Assembly (NCBI GenBank): GCA_964474435.1 | Contig: CAYYSI010000002.1 | Location: 26,193 to 90,192, forward strand | DNA: 64,000 nt | Direction: 5' to 3' | Origin: an uncultured Candidatus Saccharibacteria bacterium | GTDB taxonomy: Bacteria > Patescibacteriota > Minisyncoccia > Phycocordibacterales > UBA9973 | Part shown: in pieces, positions 48,602 through 56,500 of the stretch | How positions within the stretch are numbered: the first letter of the stretch is position 1 | How the letters are laid out: every line of letters begins with the position of its first letter | Notes under the pieces: generated by a model | What the model saw: only the letters and a program-made list of their open reading frames with translations | The model's database searches: none | What the model was told of the DNA's origin: nothing | Made by a program: the position numbers and the translations under genes

Positions 48602-48674
48602 TGCGCCCTGAGGGATTCGAACCCCCGACCTTCGCTGTGTAAAAGCGCTGCTCTACCAACTGAGCTAAGAGCGC
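48602..48674 (-). tRNA. tRNA-Val(TAC)
   Basis: Cloverleaf; CGCT-TT-TAC-AC-AGCG. Confidence 0.95.
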
Positions 48675-48733
48675 GTGGTTATTATATTGATGTATTTATG
48701 CGTCTCCTTCCATATTGTTTTATTGTTCTGCTG

Positions 48734-48805
48734 TGCCCCCGGTAGGAATCGAACCTACAATAACGGCTTAGAAGTCCGCAGTTATATCCATTTAACTACA
48801 GGGGC
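48734..48805 (-). tRNA. tRNA-Arg(TCT)
   Basis: Cloverleaf; loop CT-TCT-AA. Confidence 0.93.
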
Positions 48806-48823
48806 TTTCTCGAGGGCGCAAAG

Positions 48824-50074
48824 CTACTGTACCACTGAGGCAGTATTTTGTGAAGCGTAGTGACTTGTGAAAAATTGATATCCCAATACACACACTGCTC
48901 CCAGCACCACCGCAAGCACAACACTCAACGCAATCATTCCTGCTTTCAAAAAGCTGTGGCGGATGTGTTCTCGGTGGACTATGGCATGCTCTGCTGCAGG
49001 CGGGAGCAGTGATATGGTTGATGGTTTTGCGGCAAGGGCAAGTCCGATCGCTGCAGCGTAGGGTGCTGCTGCTTCACGAGTGATGACAGGGATCACATCA
49101 TCAAATGAAAAGCAGTTTTCCCAGACATTTGCTTCGACGATGTTGTGTCCGATCGTCGCACTGAGGTAGTCCGCAAGTCCTGGTACCACACTGAGCTCTC
49201 CCGAGAGCAAGAACTTGCCCAAGTTTGCATCATCGGGATGCCACGTCTTTTGTTCATGCCAGTAGATCGATGCGCGCTTGACCATGTCTTCGACGGCAAC
49301 GAGGGACTCTCCGAGTTCTTGAAATGCAGCTGCGCCTTCGCCTTTTGGAGTGATACCGTGCATGTCGCGGAGTGTGCGTGCTCGATCATGATCCACACCA
49401 TGGATGCGTGCAATGATGTCGGTAAGGTCTGCGCCTCCAAATGCCATAACGCCTGTCATGAGCGGCATGCCGTCTGCAAGCACACTCACCGCAGTATCAG
49501 TATCGTGCACGTCGACGAGTACGAGATATGGCTCGTCTTTGTTTGTGACTGCTCGCGCGAGCGCTGCGTGCCTCGGCTCAATACCAATCACGGCAATACC
49601 TGCGGTCGCACATGCGCCCAGGTATGCATCGAGCACATTTCGCTCTACAAAAAATACTTGCACTGCGATCCCTGCTGGAGCTCGCCCAATCACTCGATAA
49701 TCAAACATCGTCGTCGCATGATTGCGACCTACTGCATCGAGATGTGCACCGACTGCATGTCTGATATTGCTATGCGTCTTTGAAGGCAGGATGATGAGCT
49801 CAGTCGTCACCACACTTTCAGGCAGAGACGCGTATGCACGACGGATGCCTGTAGATTTCTTTACGTGTTTCAGGTATGCAGCTGCGCGAGCGCGATCAAT
49901 GATCCTACCCCCTTCTACAACACCTTCGGGCCATTTGAATGATCCGTATGCAACAGGCACCATGCCCACACGACTTGGACGCAATCGCATCACACGAATA
50001 TGCGTCGAAGAAAAATCGATCCCGACATGATCGGAAAAGAGACGCTCCATAAATTTCACACGTACGGACGACAT
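48824..50074 (-). CDS. pilM: Type IV pilus PilM-like protein with C-terminal ISLLP + TM tail
   Basis: GIDFS..., EP...ALAR, VDV....T, FGG..LT..I, LSG...PGL..YL, YA.AIGLAL. Confidence 0.75.
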   Translation of the reverse strand: MSSVRVKFMERLFSDHVGIDFSSTHIRVMRLRPSRVGMVPVAYGSFKWPEGVVEGGRIIDRARAAAYLKHVKKSTGIRRAYASLPESVVTTELIILPSKTHSNIRHAVGAHLDAVGRNHATTMFDYRVIGRAPAGIAVQVFFVERNVLDAYLGACATAGIAVIGIEPRHAALARAVTNKDEPYLVLVDVHDTDTAVSVLADGMPLMTGVMAFGGADLTDIIARIHGVDHDRARTLRDMHGITPKGEGAAAFQELGESLVAVEDMVKRASIYWHEQKTWHPDDANLGKFLLSGELSVVPGLADYLSATIGHNIVEANVWENCFSFDDVIPVITREAAAPYAAAIGLALAAKPSTISLLPPAAEHAIVHREHIRHSFLKAGMIALSVVLAVVLGAVCVLGYQFFTSHYASQNTASVVQ

Positions 50075-50102
50075 TACTACATAGTATATGCTATGTTGCG
50101 CG

Positions 50103-50435
50103 CTATCGCACTGGTGCACCAGGTGCAACGTCGGTTTCTGGCACCAAAAATACCGGCGAACCATCTATTCCATCAACTGCCATGAGCATGCCATTACTTT
50201 CAAGCCCCATCATTGATCGCGGTGCTAGGTTAATAACAAAAAGAAGTTGTTTCCCAACCAATGACTCTGGTGTGTACCATTGTCGTATCCCCGAAAGAAT
50301 CTGTCGCGGAGATTCCTCTCCGAAATCAAGCGAGAGTTTGATCAGCTTTTCTGATCCTTCAACTGCTTCTGCCGCCAGCACCTTCCCAATCCGCGCTTCT
50401 ACTTTTTTAAATTCATCTATAGATATAGTTTCCAT
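50103..50435 (-). CDS. Stand-alone tRNA-binding domain (MetRS C-terminal/Trbp111-like)
   Basis: I.I.EF.K...RIG, RQILSGI, NL.PR.MMG.ESNGML. Confidence 0.9.
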   Translation of the reverse strand: METISIDEFKKVEARIGKVLAAEAVEGSEKLIKLSLDFGEESPRQILSGIRQWYTPESLVGKQLLFVINLAPRSMMGLESNGMLMAVDGIDGSPVFLVPETDVAPGAPVR

Positions 50436-50450
50436 GGAGTGTATTGTATG

Positions 50451-50831
50451 TTACTTTTTCTGCTTATCAAGAAACCTCTGCAAAATAATCGCCGCTGCAC
50501 TATCGTCTCTTTTCCCTGCGTCTACCTGATACCGATGTGCTTCAACAGTCGAAAATCCTTCTCGTTCAAAAAAAATTGGGAGTGATGTTGCGAGTGAAAG
50601 CTTTGCTTTGAATGCGTTGACGACTTGTGTAAGTTCATTTGGTTCGCCGTTAGTTGCCACTGATTCCCCGATGATGATCGCGCCTATGTTTTCCTCTGCA
50701 CAGAGAGTAGTAATCTCTTCGACAGACTTCCCTGTTTCAAAGATTGCCTTGGGGAATGCAAATGATCCATCGTCGTCAGATATCGCGACTCCGACGCGTT
50801 TGGTCCCATAATCAATCCCAAGATATTTCAT
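50451..50831 (-). CDS. ruvX: RuvX/YqgF pre-16S rRNA nuclease
   Basis: LGIDYGTKRVGVA.SD, E.FST..A, D..AA.IILQ. Confidence 0.93.
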   Translation of the reverse strand: MKYLGIDYGTKRVGVAISDDDGSFAFPKAIFETGKSVEEITTLCAEENIGAIIIGESVATNGEPNELTQVVNAFKAKLSLATSLPIFFEREGFSTVEAHRYQVDAGKRDDSAAAIILQRFLDKQKK

Positions 50832-50909
50832 ACGCAAAGCCTAACACAATGGCGTTGAAAATCCATATCTCCTATGGTACAGTGGCACTGCGTCGACACG
50901 CACACCCTA

Positions 50910-50996
50910 GGAAGCGTGGCAGAGTGGTCGAATGCACCTGTCTTGAAAACAGGAGTCCTCGTAAGGGGACCGTGAGTTCGAATCTCACCGCTTCCG
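50910..50996 (+). tRNA. tRNA-Ser(TGA)
   Basis: Cloverleaf with long variable arm; CCTGT-CT-TGA-AA-ACAGG; G73. Confidence 0.95.
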
Positions 50997-51021
50997 CAAA
51001 TTTGTAGTACACTTTCTATAT

Positions 51022-51342
51022 ATGGATATCATCAAAGGAAAAGTTTCAGGGTTTATGGACTTCATACGAGAACAAGGTGTTGTGGGGCTTGCGATCGGTT
51101 TCGTGCTTGGAGGTGCAGTATCAAAAACAGTCTCATCATTGGTCGACAACATCATCAATCCCCTCGTCGGACTCGCCATGGGCAAAGTTGACCTCGTCGA
51201 CAAGGCGATCGTTGTGGGCAATGCAACGATCAAATGGGGTGCCTTTGTCTCTACTATCATCGACTTTGTCATCATTGCAGCAGTGGTGTACTTTGGCTTC
51301 AAAGCCCTCGGTCTCGACAAACTCGATAAAAAGAAAGAGTAG
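51022..51342 (+). CDS. mscL: Large-conductance mechanosensitive channel
   Basis: F..F.....V.GLA.G.V.G.A....V.SLV..II.P. Confidence 0.9.
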   Translation: MDIIKGKVSGFMDFIREQGVVGLAIGFVLGGAVSKTVSSLVDNIINPLVGLAMGKVDLVDKAIVVGNATIKWGAFVSTIIDFVIIAAVVYFGFKALGLDKLDKKKE

Positions 51343-51367
51343 TCATAGCGCGTGATATACTTTCTCC

Positions 51368-51823
51368 ATGGAAATGCTTTCATGGACTGCGCTCGAATTT
51401 GAAGAAAAAGATCGCCACCCTGACTGGCTCTGGTATGCAGCCCTCATATTTGGTATCGCAGCAACGCTTTCATTCTTTTATGGCAACATTTTCTTTGGGA
51501 TATTCCTCGTGATCGCAGGTGCAAGTGTCATCATGTTTGCCATGCGCAAGCCCAACATGATGACCGTGGCATTCCATGAAAAGGAGCTCCAGATCGACAA
51601 TGACCATATCGCCTACGAGCGCATCAAGCAGTTCTGGATTGACGAATCTGGGAAACCAGATAAGCTGTTACTGCTCGTCAAAGGTTCGTTCGTGCCCATG
51701 CTCTCCGTCCCCCTTGCTGGGGTGACGGCAGAGGCAGTACGGACCGAAATGACCAAGCATGCGCCCCAAGTAGAAATGCGGGAGTCGCTCGGCACCAAAG
51801 TCGCCGATCGCCTCAATTTCTAA
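51368..51823 (+). CDS. Conserved 2-TM protein with small soluble C-terminal domain
   Basis: W.A.EF....R..DW, two TMs, I..FWI. Confidence 0.7.
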   Translation: MEMLSWTALEFEEKDRHPDWLWYAALIFGIAATLSFFYGNIFFGIFLVIAGASVIMFAMRKPNMMTVAFHEKELQIDNDHIAYERIKQFWIDESGKPDKLLLLVKGSFVPMLSVPLAGVTAEAVRTEMTKHAPQVEMRESLGTKVADRLNF

Positions 51824-51831
51824 CACAATAC

Positions 51832-51903
51832 GCTCTCGTCGTTCAATGGATAGGACGTAACTTTGCGGAAGTTATGATATAGGTTCGATTCCTATCGAGA
51901 GCA
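51832..51903 (+). tRNA. tRNA-Arg(GCG)
   Basis: Cloverleaf; TAACT-TT-GCG-GA-AGTTA. Confidence 0.93.
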
Positions 51904-51959
51904 CAAGCCCAGTTGCAATTTAAATTTGAATCAGTAGTATAGGATTCAAATCAATTGTC

Positions 51960-52250
51960 ATGATAACTAAAGAAGATTTTGCTAAAGCGGCAACAGGTTC
52001 AAAAATACTCGATTCTGAAAATCAAACATGGATTTTTTCAGATGATCCTTATGATGATATTAACCTTAATGTTGAGGAACCAATCCGGGCACTTATTCCA
52101 CCAGAAGGAGTTTTTGATTTAGAAGAAGGACAAACGAATATCCTGGTCATACTTACTGAACACTGGGGAGAACATCGCCGTTTTCTGGATAGTAAAGATA
52201 ACGGGTACTTAGAAAATCTGTGTGGTAAAGAAACAAAACTTGTTGCGTGA
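51960..52250 (+). CDS. AT-rich acidic hypothetical protein
   Basis: TTGCAA-16-TAGTAT promoter; terminator at 52250-52281. Confidence 0.6.
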   Translation: MITKEDFAKAATGSKILDSENQTWIFSDDPYDDINLNVEEPIRALIPPEGVFDLEEGQTNILVILTEHWGEHRRFLDSKDNGYLENLCGKETKLVA

Positions 52251-52333
52251 AAAAAGAGCTCGTTTGAGCTCTTTTTTATTTTATATAACCAACAAAAAAG
52301 CCTGCGTGAGCAGGCTGTGGGAAATCAAAGCTG

Positions 52334-52462
52334 TTAAAAGAAAACTCTTGCCAGAATTATTAGGGCAATGATAATTATTGCTTTTACTATTCCTGGCAAA
52401 ATATTCCTTTTCTTCTTTGATTGATTCTGTTGACTCTCTTTTAACTTTTCTAACGGACTCAT
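52334..52462 (-). CDS. 42-aa small membrane protein (below ORF-track cutoff)
   Basis: MSPLEKLKESQQNQSKKKRNILPGIVKAIIIIALIILARVFF; TTGACT-16-TAGAGT promoter; terminator near 52294-52316. Confidence 0.6.
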   Translation of the reverse strand: MSPLEKLKESQQNQSKKKRNILPGIVKAIIIIALIILARVFF

Positions 52463-52509
52463 CTAAATAGGGTTTTCCCTACTCTATACCCAAGCTGCTA
52501 AAAGTCAAT

Positions 52510-52773
52510 CTATTTCACTTCTGCCCACGTCTTTAATTCCTCATATTCCACTTCCCCGCACAACCACTTCTTGGTCTCGCTATTGAAATAAAATGGAACC
52601 CCGCCACACGCATCACCCTTGTCGCATTCCTTGATGAACTCCATATTGCGTTTGTCATGCCAGACTTCTTTGCGAATGACTTTGACATCTGGATACTCTT
52701 TCATGAGCTTGGTCGTGAGCTCGCGCATGCGCATGCAGTGTGGACACTCTTCACCATAGAATTCATATAACAT
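52510..52773 (-). CDS. Thioredoxin/glutaredoxin-like protein
   Basis: FYG.ECPHC, EVWH, CGGVPF. Confidence 0.85.
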   Translation of the reverse strand: MLYEFYGEECPHCMRMRELTTKLMKEYPDVKVIRKEVWHDKRNMEFIKECDKGDACGGVPFYFNSETKKWLCGEVEYEELKTWAEVK

Positions 52774-52801
52774 TCCGACAGTATAGCATCCGCCGAGCGA
52801 G

Positions 52802-52924
52802 GCACTGCGTACATATTTGTTTGTCCGCAGAAATATAGCTTGGTATCCGTTTGCGGATTATATTTCGAGGATTAGAAAACCCTCCGCAGGAGAGGGTTTT
52901 CGCAAATAAATATGTACGCGGTGC
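52802..52924. repeat. Branched palindromic intergenic element (MITE-like or ncRNA)
   Basis: 22-bp terminal inverted arms enclosing two hairpins. Confidence 0.6.
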
Positions 52925-52932
52925 TGAGCGCC

Positions 52933-53193
52933 TTACTTCTCTTTTGCCATCTTTGAAAGTCGGGCTTTCTTTCGAGATGCGGTGTTTTTCTTGATGACAC
53001 CGTTCTTTGCAGCCTTGTCAATTGCACTGTAGGCTTCAGAAAGTGCCGCCTTTGCATCCTTCCATTTCTTTGCAGTTGCGAGCTTTTCGATACCCTTTAC
53101 CCCTTCTTTGAGGGATTTCTTGGTGCGAGTATTGATCGCGTTTTTCTTGAGGGACACGCGAAGTGCTTTTTTGGCGTTTCTGGTGATAGGCAT
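52933..53193 (-). CDS. rpsT: 30S ribosomal protein S20
   Basis: MPI...AKKALR, IDKAAK.GVI.KN.A.RKK.RL. Confidence 0.96.
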   Translation of the reverse strand: MPITRNAKKALRVSLKKNAINTRTKKSLKEGVKGIEKLATAKKWKDAKAALSEAYSAIDKAAKNGVIKKNTASRKKARLSKMAKEK

Positions 53194-53281
53194 AGTGGCA
53201 AAACTATAGCAGGATTGTGCTATTTACGCAATGGTTGCGCAATAGCCCCAAATGGGACGCCAAATTTGCTATGATAGTGGC

Positions 53282-53827
53282 ATGATTGCCCGCATCCATG
53301 GCGACGTCGTCGATATATATGACAAAGGTGTCGTCATTGATACTGGCGCACTTGCCTATGCGGTCTATACACCAGCAGCACTTGGGCTCGGCAGCACGGT
53401 CACCCTCCATACCCACCTCGTCATCAGAGATGATGCACATGAGCTCTACGGATTTGAGACAAGTGAAGAAAAGTCTCTCTTTACAACACTCATCAGTGTC
53501 AGCGGTGTTGGTCCCAAAAGTGCGCTCCAGATACTGATGATGTATCCGATCAGTGAACTCGTGCGATGCATCCGTAGTGGGGATGCCAAAGCGATCTCGC
53601 TCGTCCCAGGCATTGGCAAGAAAACTGCCGAGAAAGTCATCATCGACCTCAAAGACAAACTTGCCGGATACGCCGCAACCGAACACGCCGGATCAAACGA
53701 TCTCGTCGAGGCCCTCCTATCGCTGGGCTTCAAAGAACACGATATCCGAAACGCACTCCCAACCGTCGATACCACTCTCCCACTCGAACGCCAGATCACT
53801 GCCGCACTGCAGATATTGAAAAAATAG
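53282..53827 (+). CDS. ruvA: Holliday junction DNA-binding protein RuvA
   Basis: MIA...G, LYGF, VSGVGPK.A, VPGIGKKTA......LK.K, AL..LGF. Confidence 0.96.
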   Translation: MIARIHGDVVDIYDKGVVIDTGALAYAVYTPAALGLGSTVTLHTHLVIRDDAHELYGFETSEEKSLFTTLISVSGVGPKSALQILMMYPISELVRCIRSGDAKAISLVPGIGKKTAEKVIIDLKDKLAGYAATEHAGSNDLVEALLSLGFKEHDIRNALPTVDTTLPLERQITAALQILKK

Positions 53828-53842
53828 CGCTATACTCTATAT

Positions 53843-54019
53843 ATGCATTCTGAATTAAAATGGTTCCTCCTCCTCTTTGTCGGTCTCTGGCTTGCATGGC
53901 TCGTGACGGGTGGCCCAGGACGAACTAATATAAATCGCACTCATCCATTCCTCGAACAACCAAGTGAAGGCGGTGAGATCTATACTCTCGACGAACTCAA
54001 AGATCGTTCTCGTCCTTAG
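53843..54019 (+). CDS. 58-aa small membrane protein (below ORF-track cutoff)
   Basis: MHSELKWFLLLFVGLWLAWLVTGGPGR...PFLEQP; TATACT 6 nt before ATG; fills the gap exactly. Confidence 0.7.
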   Translation: MHSELKWFLLLFVGLWLAWLVTGGPGRTNINRTHPFLEQPSEGGEIYTLDELKDRSRP

Positions 54020-54501
54020 ATTCCAAGCATTCTAAATAGTGCAACCCCTGCGGCAACAGACACATTGAGTGACTCCTTCTTTCCTTCCATTGGGATCTGA
54101 GCGACAATGTCACATTGTTTCAATACTGATGGGGGCACTCCTTCAACTTCGTTGCCAAGAATAAATGCGACAGGTGGTTTTATGGTTACTATTTTATAAT
54201 CCACCGCTTTTGATGACTGTTCGATCGCAATGATTTGTACTCCTTGAATGTGAAGTGTGTGGATCAAATTGTTGATATCGTCGTACATTTCCCAGGCAAT
54301 TGTCTTTTCTGCACCAAGGGCTGTTTTGGCAACGTCACTGCGTGGGCGACCAAACCGATCAAGAGGTGTTGGGGTGATAGATGAAAGATATATACGATCT
54401 ATTCCTACAGCATCAGCTGTACGGAAGAGTGCGCCGACATTTTGTGCGCTCCTGATGTCATTCAGGATCAAAATTTTGGAATCGGCCGTCATTGATTTCA
54501 T
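54016..54501 (-). CDS. TrmH/SpoU family RNA methyltransferase
   Basis: IRS..NVGA.FRTAD, LGNEVEG, IPM.G.KESLNVSVA.G. Confidence 0.93.
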   Translation of the reverse strand: MKSMTADSKILILNDIRSAQNVGALFRTADAVGIDRIYLSSITPTPLDRFGRPRSDVAKTALGAEKTIAWEMYDDINNLIHTLHIQGVQIIAIEQSSKAVDYKIVTIKPPVAFILGNEVEGVPPSVLKQCDIVAQIPMEGKKESLNVSVAAGVALFRMLGI

Positions 54502-54546
54502 ACGAAAGCAATGGTATAGTTTCTGACGCAATTTGCAAATAAACAT

Positions 54547-54619
54547 GCCCCTATAGCTCAGTTGGTAGAGCAGCTCCCTTTTAAGGAGACGGTCGTAGGT
54601 TCGAATCCTACTGGGGGCA
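54547..54619 (+). tRNA. tRNA-Lys(TTT)
   Basis: Cloverleaf; CTCC-CT-TTT-AA-GGAG. Confidence 0.95.
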
Positions 54620-54623
54620 CAAC

Positions 54624-55352
54624 TTACACCCCTGCAATCACTATCGCCCCATACAACACCACTGCCCCTGCAATCGTCGCAATCGTCGTCCAAAGCGTCG
54701 GATGACTGTGATGACTTTCGGGAAGCAGATCACTTGCACCGATGTAGAGGAAGAATCCTGCAAAGAGTGCGAGGATCATACCGAGGACATTTTCTGGTAC
54801 TGAAAAAAAGAGTGTCGCAACGATACCGAGCACTGGCGCAATCGCATCCACCGCAAGCCATTTGCGAGCAGTCTGGATGGTTCCACCATTTTTGAGGATC
54901 ATATTGACCGTATTGATCCCATCAGAAAAATCATGCACGAGCACTGCGGCAGTCACCGTTGCACCAACTGCAGCCGAGACTTGGAATGCGAGTCCAATCG
55001 CAATACCATCGAGGAAACTATGGAGTGAGAGTGAGCTTGCGCCAAGCTTGCCGCGTGATTGTTTTTGTTCATGCACATGATCGTGTCCATCATCATGGTG
55101 ATGGCTGTGCAAAATAATAAACCGATCCAAAATCATAAAGACAAAAAATCCGATTGCAGTGATGAGGAATACTGCGCCAGGTTCGCGTCCGCCGAGTTCG
55201 AATGCTTCGGGCAAGAGATCAAAGAATGCGACAGCAATCACCGCTCCAGCACTAAAGCCGAGAATGAGGTGAAGCTTGTCTTTAAACTTGAGCGCAAACA
55301 TCCCACCGAGGTAGGTGGCGAGGAATGCACACATGGCGATTATGATAGTCAT
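54624..55352 (-). CDS. ZIP family metal transporter
   Basis: FSAG....F.DLLPE, His-rich loop, HSFLDG, HDFSDG. Confidence 0.92.
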   Translation of the reverse strand: MTIIIAMCAFLATYLGGMFALKFKDKLHLILGFSAGAVIAVAFFDLLPEAFELGGREPGAVFLITAIGFFVFMILDRFIILHSHHHDDGHDHVHEQKQSRGKLGASSLSLHSFLDGIAIGLAFQVSAAVGATVTAAVLVHDFSDGINTVNMILKNGGTIQTARKWLAVDAIAPVLGIVATLFFSVPENVLGMILALFAGFFLYIGASDLLPESHHSHPTLWTTIATIAGAVVLYGAIVIAGV

Positions 55353-55425
55353 CCGTGTATCATGCCACCGATTTCACAAATATGGAAGTTGCAAAAAATG
55401 CCTGCGCGCGATACGGTACTAGTAT

Positions 55426-55797
55426 ATGAAAAAATCAAATTGGATCTGGATTGTGATTGTTGTAGTGATCGTTGGTGGACTTGTGTCACTCCTCGTCGTG
55501 CAAGCAAAGAAGCCAGGCAAGTATGATGGCCTCGCACAATGTATCACTGACAGTGGTGCGACATTCTACGGTGCGTTTTGGTGTCCACACTGCCAAGCAA
55601 CCAAGGCAATGTTCGGCAAGTCTGCAAAACTCCTCCCGTATGTTGAATGTTCACAACCAAGCGGCAAAGGCCAACTCCCAATCTGTGACGAAGCTGGCAT
55701 CAAGGGATACCCAACGTGGAGATTTACTGACGGCACTGAGCTCAATGGTGAACGCACACTCCAAGAACTTGCAGACAAAACAAACTGCACCATCTAA
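55426..55797 (+). CDS. Membrane-anchored thioredoxin-like protein
   Basis: N-terminal TM; YGAFWCPHC, YVEC, C....I.GYPTW. Confidence 0.88.
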   Translation: MKKSNWIWIVIVVVIVGGLVSLLVVQAKKPGKYDGLAQCITDSGATFYGAFWCPHCQATKAMFGKSAKLLPYVECSQPSGKGQLPICDEAGIKGYPTWRFTDGTELNGERTLQELADKTNCTI

Positions 55798-55801
55798 CTA
55801 T

Positions 55802-56329
55802 ATGTTTAACACTATTGCAGCACTCGGCATCATCGCACTCCAGATTGGCATTATTGTCACCGTCATTGGCTGGGCGGCAAATGCTCGCTTTATTTCCATC
55901 ATTGCTCGTTATGCGGGTATCAGTATTGCAGTAATCTTTACATCGGCAGCACTCATGAGCTTCATCTACCAATACGGCTTTGGGTATGAGCCATGCCTCC
56001 TCTGCTGGTATCAGCGCATTGCTATATTCCCGATCGCCATCCTTGCCTGGACTGCGAATCTCCGCAAGAGTTTACTTCTCCAGACCCAGCTCCTAATTCT
56101 CTCTATTGCAGGAGCAGCGATCGCCCTCTTTCATGTCTATATCGACGTATTCCCTACAGGACTCGATGTCTGTGGCGCAACAGGACCTTCATGTCTCGTA
56201 CGCTACGTCTATGAATTTGGCTACATCACGATCCCGATGATGTCACTCACCGTCCTGTGTGCAGGTGTCCTCCTCACACTCCTTGCCAAGTACTATCCAC
56301 AGAACCAGGTTGTTGCATCTGAGAAATAA
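55802..56329 (+). CDS. Disulfide bond formation protein DsbB/BdbC family
   Basis: PCLLCWYQRI..FP, second Cys pair, ITIPMMSL. Confidence 0.9.
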   Translation: MFNTIAALGIIALQIGIIVTVIGWAANARFISIIARYAGISIAVIFTSAALMSFIYQYGFGYEPCLLCWYQRIAIFPIAILAWTANLRKSLLLQTQLLILSIAGAAIALFHVYIDVFPTGLDVCGATGPSCLVRYVYEFGYITIPMMSLTVLCAGVLLTLLAKYYPQNQVVASEK

Positions 56330-56344
56330 GCCTATACTTATTGA

Positions 56345-56500
56345 TAAGTGTACATCCGTTACCTTATTCAAAGCGTCAGTGCTGGTTGAGAGTAACATCC
56401 AATTTTCCTGTTCCCCCAAGCAGCACTTTTAAAAATCCATATTATTGCTTCGGCAATTTCAAATAATAAAGGCTTCATATTTACGAAGCCTTTTCTTTTT
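56345..56500 (+). ncRNA. Candidate orphan small RNA
   Basis: TATACT at 56333-38; AGTGCTG/CAGCACT stem; ATTGC-TTCG-GCAAT hairpin; terminator AAAGGCTTC..GAAGCCTTTT. Confidence 0.4.

Noticed and set aside
55472-55801. Long N-terminal extension of DsbB, or a frameshifted Trx-DsbB fusion
   Set aside because: The extension is an off-frame overlap of the thioredoxin gene; a clean stop and an ATG 4 nt later explain two genes.
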